Assembly: GCF_016903815.1 (NCBI RefSeq)
Contig: NZ_CP069973.1
Source: Escherichia coli
Lineage (GTDB): Bacteria > Pseudomonadota > Gammaproteobacteria > Enterobacterales > Enterobacteriaceae
Reading direction: 5' to 3' (one strand)
Length of the DNA stretch: 64,000 nucleotides
The notes beneath the pieces are model-generated. The model saw only the letters and a list, made by a program, of their open reading frames with translations. It was not told the DNA's origin and did not search any database. How positions within the stretch are numbered: the first letter of the stretch is position 1; each line of letters begins with the position of its first letter. Positions 24,311-36,346 of the stretch are shown here, one piece after another. The position numbers and the translations under genes are program-made.

Positions 24311-25294
24311 ATGCAGATAAAACGCTCGATTGAGAAAATCCCGGGGGGGATGATGCTCGTCCCGCTATTCCTTGGCGCACTGTGCCACACCTTCTCGCCG
24401 GAGGCGGGGAAATATTTTGGATCATTCACCAACGGGATGATTACCGGTACGGTGCCCATTCTGGCGGTGTGGTTTTTTTGCATGGGGGCGTCAATAAAAT
24501 TAAGCGCGACGGGAACGGTACTGCGTAAATCCGGTACGCTGGTGGTAACTAAAATTGCCGTCGCGTGGGTGGTTGCGGCAATTGCCTCGCGCATTATTCC
24601 GGAACATGGTGTTGAAGTTGGATTCTTTGCCGGACTTTCAACGCTGGCGCTGGTGGCGGCGATGGATATGACCAACGGCGGACTTTACGCTTCCATCATG
24701 CAGCAGTACGGCACAAAAGAAGAAGCTGGGGCATTTGTGTTGATGTCATTGGAGTCCGGGCCGCTCATGACGATGATTATTCTGGGCACTGCCGGGATTG
24801 CCTCGTTTGAACCGCATGTTTTCGTCGGCGCAGTATTACCGTTCCTGGTGGGCTTTGCCCTTGGGAACCTTGACCCTGAATTACGAGAATTTTTCAGCAA
24901 AGCGGTGCAGACGCTGATTCCATTCTTTGCCTTCGCGCTGGGCAATACCATTGATTTGACTGTAATTGCCCAGACAGGTTTGCTGGGGATCCTGTTGGGT
25001 GTGGCAGTAATTATCGTGACCGGTATTCCGTTGATTATCGCCGATAAATTGATTGGCGGTGGCGATGGCACTGCCGGAATTGCCGCTTCCAGTTCCGCAG
25101 GGGCCGCGGTAGCGACACCTGTGCTGATTGCAGAAATGGTGCCTGCGTTTAAACCGATGGCTCCGGCAGCAACTTCGCTGGTCGCGACGGCGGTCATTGT
25201 GACTTCGATTCTGGTGCCAATTCTTACCTCTATCTGGTCACGTAAAGTCAAAGCCAGAGCAGCGAAAATCGAAATTTTAGGTACGGTGAAATAA
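24311..25294 (+). CDS. kdgT: 2-keto-3-deoxygluconate permease
   Basis: 327 aa from [15 protein letters not shown]; membrane protein. Confidence 0.9.
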   Translation: MQIKRSIEKIPGGMMLVPLFLGALCHTFSPEAGKYFGSFTNGMITGTVPILAVWFFCMGASIKLSATGTVLRKSGTLVVTKIAVAWVVAAIASRIIPEHGVEVGFFAGLSTLALVAAMDMTNGGLYASIMQQYGTKEEAGAFVLMSLESGPLMTMIILGTAGIASFEPHVFVGAVLPFLVGFALGNLDPELREFFSKAVQTLIPFFAFALGNTIDLTVIAQTGLLGILLGVAVIIVTGIPLIIADKLIGGGDGTAGIAASSSAGAAVATPVLIAEMVPAFKPMAPAATSLVATAVIVTSILVPILTSIWSRKVKARAAKIEILGTVK

Positions 25295-25442
25295 ACCTGC
25301 TTCCTTAATCCCCACAGCCGGATGAACTAACGTTCGTCCGGTTTGCTATTGAGTTCTTGCCTGGATACTTACCGCGAAAACAGCACGCCTGACATAAAAT
25401 AAATATGGTCTAATGGGGAAATTTCTCGTGGAGAGGGAACAG

Positions 25443-26117
25443 ATGCGATATCCGGTTGATGTATACACAGGCAAGATTCAGGCTTATCCCGAAGGTAAAC
25501 CCAGCGCAATTGCTAAAATCCAGGTTGATGGTGAGTTGATGCTGACGGAGCTGGGGCTGGAAGGTGACGAGCAGGCGGAGAAGAAGGTTCACGGCGGGCC
25601 AGACAGAGCGCTGTGTCATTATCCTCGTGAGCACTATCTCTACTGGGCGCGGGAATTTCCGGAACAGGCGGAGTTGTTTGTTGCGCCTGCGTTTGGTGAA
25701 AATCTCTCAACCGACGGTCTGACGGAAAGTAATGTTTATATTGGCGATATTTTCCGCTGGGGAGAGGCATTAATTCAGGTCAGCCAGCCACGCTCACCTT
25801 GCTATAAACTCAATTACCATTTTGATATCAGCGATATAGCGCAGTTGATGCAAAACACGGGTAAAGTTGGGTGGTTGTATAGCGTGATTGCGCCAGGGTT
25901 GGTATCTGCTGATGCGCCACTGGAGTTGGTTTCCCGTGTCAGCGATGTGACCGTGCAGGAGGCTGCTGCCATCGCATGGCATATGCCGTTTGATGACGAT
26001 CAGTATCACCGTTTACTCTCCGCCGCCGGGTTATCGAAAAGCTGGACGCGGACGATGCAAAAGCGCCGACTGAGCGGCAAGATCGAAGATTTTTCCCGCC
26101 GGTTGTGGGGAAAATAA
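25443..26117 (+). CDS. yiiM: MOSC-domain protein
   Basis: 224 aa from MRYPVDVYTGK; synteny. Confidence 0.85.
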   Translation: MRYPVDVYTGKIQAYPEGKPSAIAKIQVDGELMLTELGLEGDEQAEKKVHGGPDRALCHYPREHYLYWAREFPEQAELFVAPAFGENLSTDGLTESNVYIGDIFRWGEALIQVSQPRSPCYKLNYHFDISDIAQLMQNTGKVGWLYSVIAPGLVSADAPLELVSRVSDVTVQEAAAIAWHMPFDDDQYHRLLSAAGLSKSWTRTMQKRRLSGKIEDFSRRLWGK

Positions 26118-26120
26118 CCC

Positions 26121-26220
26121 CCGGAGTGTAGGCCTGATAAGACGCTATCAGCGTCGCATCAGGCATCCTGCTCAAATGCCGGATGCGGCGTAAACGCCTT
26201 ATCCTGCCTACAAATGCGGA
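26121..26220. repeat. REP cluster between yiiM and cpxA
   Basis: GCCTGATAAGACGC...GCGTCGCATCAGGC and GCCGGATGCGGCGTAAACGCCTTATCC palindromic units. Confidence 0.75.
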
Positions 26221-26222
26221 GT

Positions 26223-27596
26223 TTAACTCCGCTTATACAGCGGCAACCAAATCACCAGCCGTAAACCGCCCAGCGGGCTGTCTTCCGCTTTAACCCAGCC
26301 ACGATGCTGCTGAATGGCGGTTTCAACAATCGCCAGCCCCAAACCTGTACCGCCAGATTCACGATCGCGTGCTTCATCGGTACGATAGAACGGACGGAAA
26401 ATCTGTTCGCGATCTTCCGGGCTAACGCCAGGACCATCGTCGTCCACCGTAATGGTGATACCGTCTTTATCTACCGCAAAGCCCACTTCAATCTTCGTAT
26501 GGGAATAACGCAGGGCATTACGAACAATGTTTTCCAGCGCACTCTCCAGGGCGTTCGGGTTGCCGTACAGCGGCCACGGCCCAGGCGGGAAGTTAACTGT
26601 CAACGACTTGCCCATCTGTTCTGCTTCGAACGCCGCGTTATCCAGCACTTCGCCCCACAACTGGTTAGCTTTCAATGTCTCGCTTACCAGCGCGTTTTTC
26701 TGCTGATTACGTGACATCACCAACAGATCGTTAATCATGCTGTCCAGACGTTGCGCTTCGGTTTCAATACGCTCCAGTTCCTTGCTTTCACCGCTACGAC
26801 GGCGCAGTAACGCCGTACCCAGTTGCAGACGCGTCAGCGGGGTGCGCAGTTCGTGAGAGATATCAGAAAGTAGACGCTGCTGAGAGGTCATCATGCGCTC
26901 CAGCGCGGTGACCATCTGGTTAAAACTGGCACCGGCGGCAAGGAATTCCTGTGGCCCCGCTTCCAGTTCCGGGTGCTGGCGTAAGTTTCCCTGGGCAACT
27001 TCATCGGCAGCGTTTTTCAGCTTACGCGCCGGTTTTGCCAGACTCCAGGCCAACCACAACAGCAGCGGCGTACTGACCAACATGGTGACAATCAGCAGTA
27101 ATAGCGGGCGGTCAAACAGTAAGTTAATGAAATCGGATTGAGAACTGCTGGCCGGACGAATCAGATAAAGTTGGTAATTATCTTCGCCATCACGCACGGA
27201 GAACGGACCGACCAGTTCCACGCGGCCATACTTTTTCTTCTGCGGATGATCGGCGTTATCGGCCTGACCAATAAAGTTACGAATGATCTGCATTTCGCTG
27301 CGTTCAGCGCCGATCACGCGGCCCTCGGTGGTCACCAATAACAAACGCTGTCCTGGCGGTGCCCACTTATCAATCGCCCGGAACAGACGCCGCCACCACA
27401 TTAAATCGTTGGGCGGATCGTTCGCCAGCTCCGCTTCGACATGCTGCTCAATCATCAGACCCTGACGCTGTTCGCTATCCAGAAGCTCGGTCATCTGGCG
27501 TGAATCGAGCTTGGGTAACATCAAAACCAACATCAACACCAGCGCCAGCGTCAGCCAGAAGATGGCGAAGATGCGCGCGGTTAAGCTGCCTATCAT
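26223..27596 (-). CDS. cpxA: envelope-stress sensor histidine kinase CpxA
   Basis: 457-aa ORF; H-box SHELRTPLT; overlaps cpxR stop. Confidence 0.95.
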   Translation of the reverse strand: MIGSLTARIFAIFWLTLALVLMLVLMLPKLDSRQMTELLDSEQRQGLMIEQHVEAELANDPPNDLMWWRRLFRAIDKWAPPGQRLLLVTTEGRVIGAERSEMQIIRNFIGQADNADHPQKKKYGRVELVGPFSVRDGEDNYQLYLIRPASSSQSDFINLLFDRPLLLLIVTMLVSTPLLLWLAWSLAKPARKLKNAADEVAQGNLRQHPELEAGPQEFLAAGASFNQMVTALERMMTSQQRLLSDISHELRTPLTRLQLGTALLRRRSGESKELERIETEAQRLDSMINDLLVMSRNQQKNALVSETLKANQLWGEVLDNAAFEAEQMGKSLTVNFPPGPWPLYGNPNALESALENIVRNALRYSHTKIEVGFAVDKDGITITVDDDGPGVSPEDREQIFRPFYRTDEARDRESGGTGLGLAIVETAIQQHRGWVKAEDSPLGGLRLVIWLPLYKRS

Positions 27597-28291
27597 GAAG
27601 CAGAAACCATCAGATAGCCGCGACCACGCAAGGTTTTAAACCACGGGTGACCATCTTTACGATCCGGCAGTTTACGACGCAGGTTGGAAATGTGCATATC
27701 GATAGCGCGGTCGAAAGGCGTCAGACGTTTGCCCAGCACTTCCTGGCTTAAATGTTCACGGGAAACCACCTGACCCAGATGCTGTGCCAGCAAATAGAGC
27801 AGGGTAAACTCAGTACCGGTTAACTCCAGCGTTTGCCCGTCGAAGCTGGCTTCCTGACGGCCTGGATTCAGCACTAAGGCATCAACTTCCAGTGTCGGTG
27901 AACCGTTGTCGTTGTTTTGCTGTTGCTCGCTCCAGTGCGAACGGCGCAGGATCGCGCGAATACGTGCCACCAGCTCACGATCATTAAACGGTTTCGGGAG
28001 ATAGTCATCTGCGCCCAGCTCAAGGCCGAGAACGCGATCAAGTTCACTGCCGCGCGCCGTCAACATAATGACAGGCGTCTGGTGTGTCTGGCGAAGTGCT
28101 TTTAATGTGTCGATACCATTTTTCTTCGGCATCATTACATCAAGCAAAAGTAAATCAATGCTGTCGTCCAGAAGATCAAGCGCCTGTTCCCCATCGTGGG
28201 CAACAATCACATTGAAGCCTTCCATCTCGAGCAGCTCCTTTAATAGGGAAGTCAGCTCTCGGTCATCATCAACTAACAGGATTTTATTCAT
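27593..28291 (-). CDS. cpxR: response regulator CpxR (OmpR family)
   Basis: 232-aa ORF MNKILLVDDD... Confidence 0.95.
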   Translation of the reverse strand: MNKILLVDDDRELTSLLKELLEMEGFNVIVAHDGEQALDLLDDSIDLLLLDVMMPKKNGIDTLKALRQTHQTPVIMLTARGSELDRVLGLELGADDYLPKPFNDRELVARIRAILRRSHWSEQQQNNDNGSPTLEVDALVLNPGRQEASFDGQTLELTGTEFTLLYLLAQHLGQVVSREHLSQEVLGKRLTPFDRAIDMHISNLRRKLPDRKDGHPWFKTLRGRGYLMVSAS

Positions 28292-28347
28292 TGTTTAAAT
28301 ACCTCCGAGGCAGAAATTACGTCATCAGACGTCGCTAATCCATGACT

Positions 28348-28362
28348 TTACGTTGTTTTACA
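28348..28362 (-). promoter_or_regulatory. CpxR box GTAAA-N5-GTAAA in the cpxR/cpxP spacer
   Basis: Plus strand TTTACgttgtTTTAC is the reverse complement of GTAAAacaacGTAAA; a further GTAAA lies near 28391. Confidence 0.65.
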
Positions 28363-28440
28363 CCCCCTGACGCATGTTTGCAGCCTGAATCGTAAACTCT
28401 CTATCGTTGAATCGCGACAGAAAGATTTTGGGAGCAAATG

Positions 28441-28941
28441 ATGCGCATAGTTACCGCTGCCGTCATGGCCTCAACGCTGGCAGTCAGTTCATTAAGCCAC
28501 GCTGCTGAAGTCGGTTCAGGCGATAACTGGCATCCGGGTGAAGAACTTACGCAGCGCAGTACGCAGAGCCATATGTTCGACGGCATAAGTTTAACCGAAC
28601 ATCAGCGTCAGCAGATGCGAGATCTTATGCAACAGGCCCGGCACGAACAGCCTCCTGTTAATGTTAGCGAACTGGAGACAATGCATCGCCTTGTCACCGC
28701 AGATAATTTTGATGAAAACGCTGTGCGCGCACAGGCAGAAAAAATGGCGAATGAGCAAATTGCTCGTCAGGTTGAGATGGCAAAAGTCCGCAACCAAATG
28801 TATCGCCTGTTAACGCCGGAGCAGCAAGCGGTTTTAAACGAGAAACATCAACAACGAATGGAGCAGTTGCGCGACGTGACGCAATGGCAAAAAAGTTCAT
28901 CGTTGAAGCTATTGAGTAGTAGCAACTCACGTTCCCAGTAG
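28441..28941 (+). CDS. cpxP: periplasmic Cpx pathway inhibitor/chaperone CpxP
   Basis: 166 aa from [21 protein letters not shown]; two LTxxQ motifs. Confidence 0.9.
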   Translation: MRIVTAAVMASTLAVSSLSHAAEVGSGDNWHPGEELTQRSTQSHMFDGISLTEHQRQQMRDLMQQARHEQPPVNVSELETMHRLVTADNFDENAVRAQAEKMANEQIARQVEMAKVRNQMYRLLTPEQQAVLNEKHQQRMEQLRDVTQWQKSSSLKLLSSSNSRSQ

Positions 28942-28949
28942 TAAACCCT

Positions 28950-29008
28950 GTTTTCCTTGCCATAGACACCATCCCTGTCTTCCCCCACATGATGTGGGGG
29001 TTTTTTTT
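28950..29008 (+). ncRNA. cpxQ: candidate CpxQ sRNA from the cpxP 3' UTR
   Basis: 3' UTR ends in a strong terminator (CCCCCACAT-GAT-GTGGGGG + T8); call rests on knowledge of CpxQ, exact 5' end not determinable. Confidence 0.4.
28982..29008 (+). terminator. intrinsic terminator of cpxP
   Basis: 9-bp G/C-rich perfect stem plus T8, seen directly. Confidence 0.85.
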
Positions 29009-29089
29009 ATCCTCAATTTGCCTGCTGCTTAATGCATTGCAGATGATTTGCTTCCGTTATACTAGCGTCAGTTGATAGCGGGAGTATTT

Positions 29090-29992
29090 ATGAATCAATC
29101 TTATGGACGGCTGGTCAGTCGGGCGGCGATTGCTGCAACGGCGATGGCTTCACTGCTATTGCTGATTAAAATTTTTGCATGGTGGTATACCGGGTCGGTG
29201 AGTATTCTCGCCGCGCTGGTGGATTCGCTGGTGGATATCGGCGCGTCGTTGACGAATTTATTGGTGGTGCGATATTCCCTGCAACCTGCCGACGATAATC
29301 ACTCGTTTGGTCACGGTAAAGCTGAGTCCCTCGCGGCGCTGGCGCAAAGTATGTTTATCTCCGGTTCGGCACTATTCCTCTTTTTGACGGGTATTCAACA
29401 TCTGGTATCTCCAACACCGATGACAGATCCAGGCGTCGGGGTTATCGTGACAATTGTGGCGCTAATTTGTACGATTATCCTTGTCTCGTTTCAGCGGTGG
29501 GTGGTGCGCCGGACGCAAAGCCAGGCGGTGCGGGCTGATATGCTACATTACCAGTCTGATGTTATGATGAACGGCGCAATTCTGCTGGCGCTGGGGTTGT
29601 CCTGGTACGGCTGGCATCGCGCCGATGCTCTGTTTGCATTGGGAATCGGCATCTATATTTTATATAGCGCGTTACGCATGGGATATGAGGCGGTACAGTC
29701 ATTACTGGATCGCGCATTGCCTGATGAAGAACGGCAAGAAATTATTGATATCGTGACTTCCTGGCCGGGTGTTAGCGGCGCTCACGATCTTCGCACGCGG
29801 CAGTCAGGGCCGACCCGCTTTATTCAGATTCATTTGGAAATGGAAGACTCTCTGCCTTTGGTTCAGGCACATATGGTGGCGGATCAGGTAGAGCAGGCTA
29901 TTTTACGGCGTTTTCCGGGATCGGATGTGATTATCCATCAGGACCCCTGTTCCGTCGTACCCAGGGAGGGTAAACGGTCTATGCTTTCATAA
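29090..29992 (+). CDS. fieF: cation diffusion facilitator Fe(II)/Zn(II) efflux protein
   Basis: 300 aa from [20 protein letters not shown]. Confidence 0.9.
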   Translation: MNQSYGRLVSRAAIAATAMASLLLLIKIFAWWYTGSVSILAALVDSLVDIGASLTNLLVVRYSLQPADDNHSFGHGKAESLAALAQSMFISGSALFLFLTGIQHLVSPTPMTDPGVGVIVTIVALICTIILVSFQRWVVRRTQSQAVRADMLHYQSDVMMNGAILLALGLSWYGWHRADALFALGIGIYILYSALRMGYEAVQSLLDRALPDEERQEIIDIVTSWPGVSGAHDLRTRQSGPTRFIQIHLEMEDSLPLVQAHMVADQVEQAILRRFPGSDVIIHQDPCSVVPREGKRSMLS

Positions 29993-30172
29993 TCAGTATA
30001 AAAGAGAGCCAGACCCGCATTTTGTGTATAAAATACCGCCATTTGGCCTGACCTGAATCAATTCAGCAGGAAGTGATTGTTATACTATTTGCACATTCGT
30101 TGGATCACTTCGATGTGCAAGAAGACTTCCGGCAACAGATTTCATTTTGCATTCCAAAGTTCAGAGGTAGTC

Positions 30173-31135
30173 ATGATTAAGAAAATCGGTGTGTTGACAA
30201 GCGGCGGTGATGCGCCAGGCATGAACGCCGCAATTCGCGGGGTTGTTCGTTCTGCGCTGACAGAAGGTCTGGAAGTAATGGGCATTTATGACGGCTATCT
30301 GGGTCTGTATGAAGACCGTATGGTACAGCTAGACCGTTACAGCGTTTCTGACATGATCAACCGTGGTGGTACGTTCCTCGGTTCTGCGCGTTTCCCGGAA
30401 TTCCGCGACGAGAACATCCGCGCCGTGGCTATCGAAAACCTGAAAAAACGTGGTATCGACGCGCTGGTGGTTATCGGCGGTGACGGTTCCTACATGGGTG
30501 CAATGCGTCTGACCGAAATGGGCTTCCCGTGCATCGGTCTGCCGGGCACTATCGACAACGACATCAAAGGCACTGACTACACTATCGGTTTCTTCACTGC
30601 GCTGAGCACCGTTGTAGAAGCGATCGACCGTCTGCGTGACACCTCTTCTTCTCACCAGCGTATTTCCGTGGTGGAAGTGATGGGCCGTTATTGTGGCGAT
30701 CTGACCCTGGCTGCGGCCATTGCCGGTGGCTGTGAATTCGTTGTAGTTCCGGAAGTTGAATTCAGCCGTGAAGACCTGGTAAACGAAATCAAAGCGGGTA
30801 TCGCGAAAGGTAAAAAACACGCGATCGTGGCGATTACCGAACATATGTGTGATGTTGACGAACTGGCGCATTTCATCGAGAAAGAAACCGGTCGTGAAAC
30901 CCGCGCAACTGTGCTGGGCCACATCCAGCGCGGTGGTTCTCCGGTGCCTTACGACCGTATTCTGGCTTCCCGTATGGGCGCTTACGCTATCGATCTGCTG
31001 CTGGCAGGTTACGGCGGTCGTTGCGTAGGTATCCAGAACGAACAGCTGGTTCACCACGACATCATCGACGCTATCGAAAACATGAAGCGTCCGTTCAAAG
31101 GCGACTGGCTGGACTGCGCGAAAAAACTGTATTAA
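30173..31135 (+). CDS. pfkA: 6-phosphofructokinase I
   Basis: 320 aa from [23 protein letters not shown]; track ORF over-extends upstream. Confidence 0.97.
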
Positions 31136-31204
31136 TGATTTCGGAAAAAGGCAGATTCCTTTAGCCTGAAACCGATGACAGAAGCAAAAATGCCTGATGC
31201 GCTT

Positions 31205-31290
31205 CGCTTATCAGGCCTACATGAATTCTGCAATTTATTGAATTTGCAAACTTTTGTAGGCCGGATAAGGCGTTCGCGCCGCATCCGGCA
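31205..31290. repeat. REP elements between pfkA and sbp
   Basis: GCTTATCAGGCCTACA and TGTAGGCCGGATAAGGCGTTCGCGCCGCATCCGGCA units. Confidence 0.7.
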
Positions 31291-31454
31291 TGGACAAAGC
31301 GCACTTTGTCAGCAATATGAGGCGGATTTCTTCCGCCTTTTTAATCCCCCAACATATACCTGCAAGTTATAGCCAATCTTTTTTTATTCTTTAATGTTTG
31401 GTTAACCTTCTGGCACGCTTTGCTCATCACAACACAACATAAGAGAGTCGGGCG

Positions 31455-32444
31455 ATGAACAAGTGGGGCGTAGGGTTAACATTTTTGCTGGCGGCAACCA
31501 GCGTTATGGCAAAGGATATTCAGCTTCTTAACGTTTCATATGATCCAACGCGCGAATTGTACGAACAGTACAACAAGGCATTCAGCGCCCACTGGAAACA
31601 GCAAACTGGCGATAACGTGGTGATTCGTCAGTCACACGGTGGTTCAGGTAAACAAGCGACGTCGGTAATCAACGGTATTGAAGCTGATGTTGTCACGCTG
31701 GCTCTGGCCTATGACGTGGACGCGATTGCGGAACGCGGGCGGATTGATAAAGAGTGGATCAAACGTCTGCCGGATAACTCCGCACCGTACACTTCCACCA
31801 TTGTTTTCCTGGTACGTAAGGGCAATCCAAAGCAGATCCATGACTGGAACGATCTGATTAAACCGGGTGTTTCGGTGATCACGCCTAATCCGAAAAGCTC
31901 TGGTGGCGCGCGCTGGAACTACCTGGCTGCCTGGGGCTACGCGCTGCATCACAACAACAACGATCAGGCAAAAGCACAGGATTTTGTTCGGGCACTGTAT
32001 AAAAACGTCGAAGTTCTGGATTCTGGCGCGCGCGGCTCCACTAACACTTTTGTCGAGCGCGGAATTGGCGATGTACTGATTGCCTGGGAAAACGAAGCTC
32101 TGCTGGCAGCGAATGAGCTGGGGAAAGATAAATTCGAAATCGTTACGCCGAGTGAGTCTATCCTCGCAGAGCCAACCGTGTCGGTGGTCGATAAAGTGGT
32201 CGAGAAAAAAGGCACCAAAGAGGTGGCGGAAGCCTACCTGAAATATCTCTACTCGCCAGAAGGTCAGGAAATTGCCGCGAAAAACTACTACCGTCCGCGC
32301 GATGCTGAGGTGGCGAAAAAGTACGAAAATGCGTTTCCAAAGCTGAAGTTATTCACCATTGATGAAGAGTTCGGCGGCTGGACGAAAGCGCAAAAAGAGC
32401 ATTTTGCTAACGGCGGTACGTTCGATCAGATCAGCAAACGCTGA
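31455..32444 (+). CDS. sbp: periplasmic sulfate-binding protein
   Basis: 329-aa ORF with signal peptide; recognised. Confidence 0.94.
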
Positions 32445-32464
32445 TTTCCCCAGGATAATTATCA

Positions 32465-32498
32465 AACCCGGTGGTTTCTCGCGACCGGGTTTTTTATT
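32465..32498 (+). terminator. intrinsic terminator after sbp
   Basis: AACCCGGT...ACCGGGTT stem followed by a T run. Confidence 0.75.
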
Positions 32499-32550
32499 TG
32501 TCACGATTTTGCGTTACCCTTGCATCTCTTTGAGGTACAGGGAAAAAAAG

Positions 32551-33306
32551 ATGAAAAAAGCGGGTCTTCTTTTTTTGGTGATGATAGTTATCGCCGTTGT
32601 GGCTGCCGGTATTGGTTACTGGAAATTAACCGGTGAAGAGTCGGATACACTACGTAAGATTGTCCTTGAGGAATGTTTGCCCAATCAACAGCAAAATCAA
32701 AATCCTTCGCCATGTGCGGAAGTCAAACCCAATGCCGGATACGTGGTTTTAAAAGATCTTAATGGCCCACTGCAATATCTGTTGATGCCAACGTATCGTA
32801 TTAACGGCACGGAAAGTCCTTTGTTGACCGATCCTTCAACGCCGAACTTCTTTTGGTTGGCCTGGCAGGCGCGTGATTTTATGAGCAAAAAATACGGCCA
32901 GCCGGTTCCCGATCGCGCGGTTTCTTTGGCGATCAACTCTCGCACCGGGCGTACGCAAAACCATTTTAATATTCATATCTCTTGTATTCGTCCTGATGTG
33001 CGCGAACAGCTGGATAACAATCTGGCTAACATCAGCAGCCGCTGGTTGCCACTGCCAGGTGGTTTGCGTGGGCATGAGTACCTGGCGCGTCGGGTAACGG
33101 AAAGCGAACTGGTACAACGCAGCCCATTTATGATGCTTGCAGAGGAAGTGCCTGAGGCGCGGGAACATATGGGAAGCTACGGGCTGGCGATGGTGCGGCA
33201 GAGTGATAATTCGTTTGTTTTGCTGGCGACACAACGAAATCTACTGACGCTGAACCGTGCTTCAGCCGAGGAAATCCAGGATCATCAGTGTGAGATTTTG
33301 CGTTAA
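32551..33306 (+). CDS. cdh: CDP-diacylglycerol pyrophosphatase
   Basis: 251 aa from [24 protein letters not shown]. Confidence 0.9.
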   Translation: MKKAGLLFLVMIVIAVVAAGIGYWKLTGEESDTLRKIVLEECLPNQQQNQNPSPCAEVKPNAGYVVLKDLNGPLQYLLMPTYRINGTESPLLTDPSTPNFFWLAWQARDFMSKKYGQPVPDRAVSLAINSRTGRTQNHFNIHISCIRPDVREQLDNNLANISSRWLPLPGGLRGHEYLARRVTESELVQRSPFMMLAEEVPEAREHMGSYGLAMVRQSDNSFVLLATQRNLLTLNRASAEEIQDHQCEILR

Positions 33307-33328
33307 GGCGAGGAGTTAAGGAAAGTAA

Positions 33329-33351
33329 GTGCCGGATATGAAATCCGGCAC
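33329..33351. terminator. bidirectional hairpin between convergent cdh and tpiA
   Basis: GTGCCGGA-tatgaaa-TCCGGCAC. Confidence 0.7.
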
Positions 33352-33360
33352 CTGTCAGAC

Positions 33361-34128
33361 TTAAGCCTGTTTAGCCGCTTCTGCAGCTTTAACGATCACT
33401 GCGAAAGCGTCAGCTTTCAGAGAAGCACCGCCAACCAGCGCGCCGTCGATGTCTGGCTGAGCAAACAGTTCTGCAGCGTTAGACGCGTTTACAGAGCCGC
33501 CGTACTGGATGATCACTTGTTCAGCGATGTTAGCGTCAACTTTAGCGATGTGGTCACGGATGAATTTGTGAACAGCCTGTGCCTGCGCCGGAGTTGCAGA
33601 TTTGCCAGTACCGATTGCCCATACTGGTTCGTAAGCGATTACCGCACCTTCGAATGCTGCAGCACCCTGAGTTTTCAGTACCGCGTCGATCTGACGTGCA
33701 CAAACTTCTTCAGTTTTGCCCGCTTCGTTTTCAGCTTCGGTTTCACCGATGCACAGAACCGGAGTCAGACCCTGCTCTTTCAGCACCGCGAATTTTTTCG
33801 CGATCAGTTCGTCAGACTCTTTGTGGTAAGTACGACGTTCAGAGTGGCCGATGATGATGTACTGTGCGCCGATGTCTTTCAGCATAGCAGCAGAGGTTTC
33901 ACCGGTGAATGCGCCGGACAGGTTCAGGTCCACGTTTTGCGCACCCAGCATGATGTGGCTGCCTTCAGCTTCACGCTTCGCCATATCGATGTACATTTCC
34001 GGTGGTGCGATTGCAACCGCACAGCCAGCAACACCTGCCAGCTCTTTACGCAGGTTAGAAACCAGCTCGTGAACCATGTGGCGGCTGCCGTTCAGTTTCC
34101 AGTTACCCATCACTAAAGGATGTCGCAT
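33361..34128 (-). CDS. tpiA: triosephosphate isomerase
   Basis: 255-aa ORF; recognised. Confidence 0.97.
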
Positions 34129-34235
34129 TTTAATTCTCCACGCTTATAAGCGAATAAAGGAAGATGGCCGCCCCGCAGGGCAGCAGGTCTGTGAAACAGT
34201 ATAGAGATTCATCGGCACAAAGGCTTTGCTTTTTG

Positions 34236-34835
34236 TCATTTATTCAAACCTTCAAGCGATTCAGATAGCGCCAGCTTAATCGGTTCAACAGCGAAGGTCA
34301 GCCCCTTTTCGCCGTTGTCCGCGACAACATAACGCAGTGCACCTTCTGTCTCGGTGTAATAACGTTTGTTTTTCCCCGCCGTTAGTAGCGACTGCAGTTT
34401 TTTCTGGCTTTGTGTTTTGGTCATTAATGGGGTGAGTGTGCGGATCACCGCTGCCATGTATTCCTGAGCTTTCGCTTTCGCGGCTTTTTGCTCTGGCCCC
34501 TGGATGGGTAGCCAGGTCATTTGAATGCTTTTGATTTTTAAGGTACCGCGCTCCAGCGCTGTAGAAGCATACAAGTTCTCATTAATTTTACTGGCAGCAC
34601 GAGTGAGATTGGCTTTGTCGGGACTGCTGTCGATGGCACGAAATTCGTTCAGTGGCAGGCTGGGATTCTGGCTGTTAAAGTCTTCTCTAAACTGGCTGAT
34701 GGAGAGATCGAAAGTAGGGGCTCCAGCCAGCAGATAAGGCGCGGTCGTTGCCGTATCTGGTGTTTGTGCATGCGCCGTTGTTGTAACGGTTAATGCAGAA
34801 CATAAGAGAAAAAACAGCGTACACCCTGGCTTCAT
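34236..34835 (-). CDS. yiiQ: secreted protein YiiQ (DUF1454 as I recall)
   Basis: 199-aa ORF with signal peptide; synteny. Confidence 0.85.
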   Translation of the reverse strand: MKPGCTLFFLLCSALTVTTTAHAQTPDTATTAPYLLAGAPTFDLSISQFREDFNSQNPSLPLNEFRAIDSSPDKANLTRAASKINENLYASTALERGTLKIKSIQMTWLPIQGPEQKAAKAKAQEYMAAVIRTLTPLMTKTQSQKKLQSLLTAGKNKRYYTETEGALRYVVADNGEKGLTFAVEPIKLALSESLEGLNK

Positions 34836-34935
34836 TGACAGTACCTTTTGTTATGACTGGCTCCGATTAAAACGATATCTGTCGCCCTTGTCAAAAGGGT
34901 AGAATCCTGGAAAAGACAACCATCAAGGAACTTAC

Positions 34936-35376
34936 ATGACCATACAGCAATGGTTATTCTCATTTAAAGGGCGTATTGGACGCCGTGATTTCTGGATTTG
35001 GATAGGCCTGTGGTTCGCAGGCATGCTGGTGCTTTTCTCACTGGCGGGTAAAAATTTACTCGATATTCAGACTGCGGCGTTTTGCCTTGTGTGCTTGCTC
35101 TGGCCAACAGCGGCAGTAACCGTTAAGCGCTTGCATGATCGCGGGCGTTCCGGCGCATGGGCATTTCTGATGATTGTGGCGTGGATGCTGCTGGCGGGTA
35201 ACTGGGCGATTTTACCGGGTGTCTGGCAATGGGCGGTGGGGCGTTTTGTCCCGACGTTGATTCTGGTGATGATGCTTATCGATCTTGGTGCGTTTGTTGG
35301 CACACAAGGCGAAAATAAATATGGTAAAGATACCGAGGATGTGAAGTATAAAGCCGACAATAAATCAAGTAATTAA
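34936..35376 (+). CDS. yiiR: inner-membrane protein YiiR (DUF805 as I recall)
   Basis: 146-aa hydrophobic ORF; synteny. Confidence 0.85.
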   Translation: MTIQQWLFSFKGRIGRRDFWIWIGLWFAGMLVLFSLAGKNLLDIQTAAFCLVCLLWPTAAVTVKRLHDRGRSGAWAFLMIVAWMLLAGNWAILPGVWQWAVGRFVPTLILVMMLIDLGAFVGTQGENKYGKDTEDVKYKADNKSSN

Positions 35377-35587
35377 CCTTTAATATATCTCTTACTGCTA
35401 TTTTTTTCCGGGATTGTTATTTCCACGATGCAAATGACAATACCCGGAAAATCCTTCTGAACTCTTCACCTTAAGCAATATCAAAAAAAATGGTAATCCA
35501 TAAGATCATTACTTGTTTGTTCTTCCCTTAACGGCGCATTATTCTTAAGTCGTAATCGACAGAGAGGCGAATATACAGAGGTGCCCT

Positions 35588-35887
35588 ATGAAAGATGTCG
35601 TAGATAAATGCAGTACTAAAGGATGTGCGATTGATATCGGTACGGTGATTGATAACGACAACTGTACCAGTAAGTTTTCGCGCTTTTTTGCCACCCGCGA
35701 AGAAGCAGAGTCCTTTATGACCAAACTGAAAGAGCTTGCCGCCGCTGCATCCTCTGCAGATGAAGGGGCCAGCGTGGCCTATAAGATTAAGGATCTGGAG
35801 GGGCAAGTTGAGCTTGATGCGGCCTTCACCTTCTCATGCCAGGCCGAGATGATTATTTTTGAGTTATCACTGCGTTCGTTAGCTTGA
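35588..35887 (+). CDS. yiiS: small conserved protein YiiS
   Basis: 99-aa ORF; synteny upstream of uspD. Confidence 0.8.
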   Translation: MKDVVDKCSTKGCAIDIGTVIDNDNCTSKFSRFFATREEAESFMTKLKELAAAASSADEGASVAYKIKDLEGQVELDAAFTFSCQAEMIIFELSLRSLA

Positions 35888-35913
35888 TGGAGTTGCTTTA
35901 GAAGGAGTTAAAC

Positions 35914-36342
35914 ATGGCTTATAAACACATTGGCGTGGCAATTTCCGGGAATGAAGAAGATGCCTTACTGGTGAATAAAGCCCTGGAGCTCGCCAGACAT
36001 AATGACGCTCACCTGACGTTAATTCATATTGATGATGGCTTAAGCGAGTTGTATCCGGGTATCTACTTCCCTGCAACAGAAGATATTCTTCAATTGTTGA
36101 AGAATAAGTCGGATAACAAGCTGTATAAACTGACGAAAAATATTCAATGGCCGAAGACAAAACTGCGTATTGAACGCGGAGAAATGCCGGAAACACTGCT
36201 GGAAATTATGCAAAAAGAGCAGTGCGACCTCCTTGTCTGTGGTCATCACCACTCATTTATCAACCGTTTGATGCCGGCATATCGCGGGATGATCAATAAG
36301 TTGAGTGCGGATTTGCTCATCGTGCCGTTTATCGATAAGTAA
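35914..36342 (+). CDS. uspD: universal stress protein D
   Basis: 142-aa ORF; recognised. Confidence 0.9.
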   Translation: MAYKHIGVAISGNEEDALLVNKALELARHNDAHLTLIHIDDGLSELYPGIYFPATEDILQLLKNKSDNKLYKLTKNIQWPKTKLRIERGEMPETLLEIMQKEQCDLLVCGHHHSFINRLMPAYRGMINKLSADLLIVPFIDK

Positions 36343-36346
36343 CCGC

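Noticed and set aside
31175-31372. 65-aa ORF between pfkA and sbp
   Set aside because: It is made almost entirely of REP palindrome sequence; a repeat artefact.
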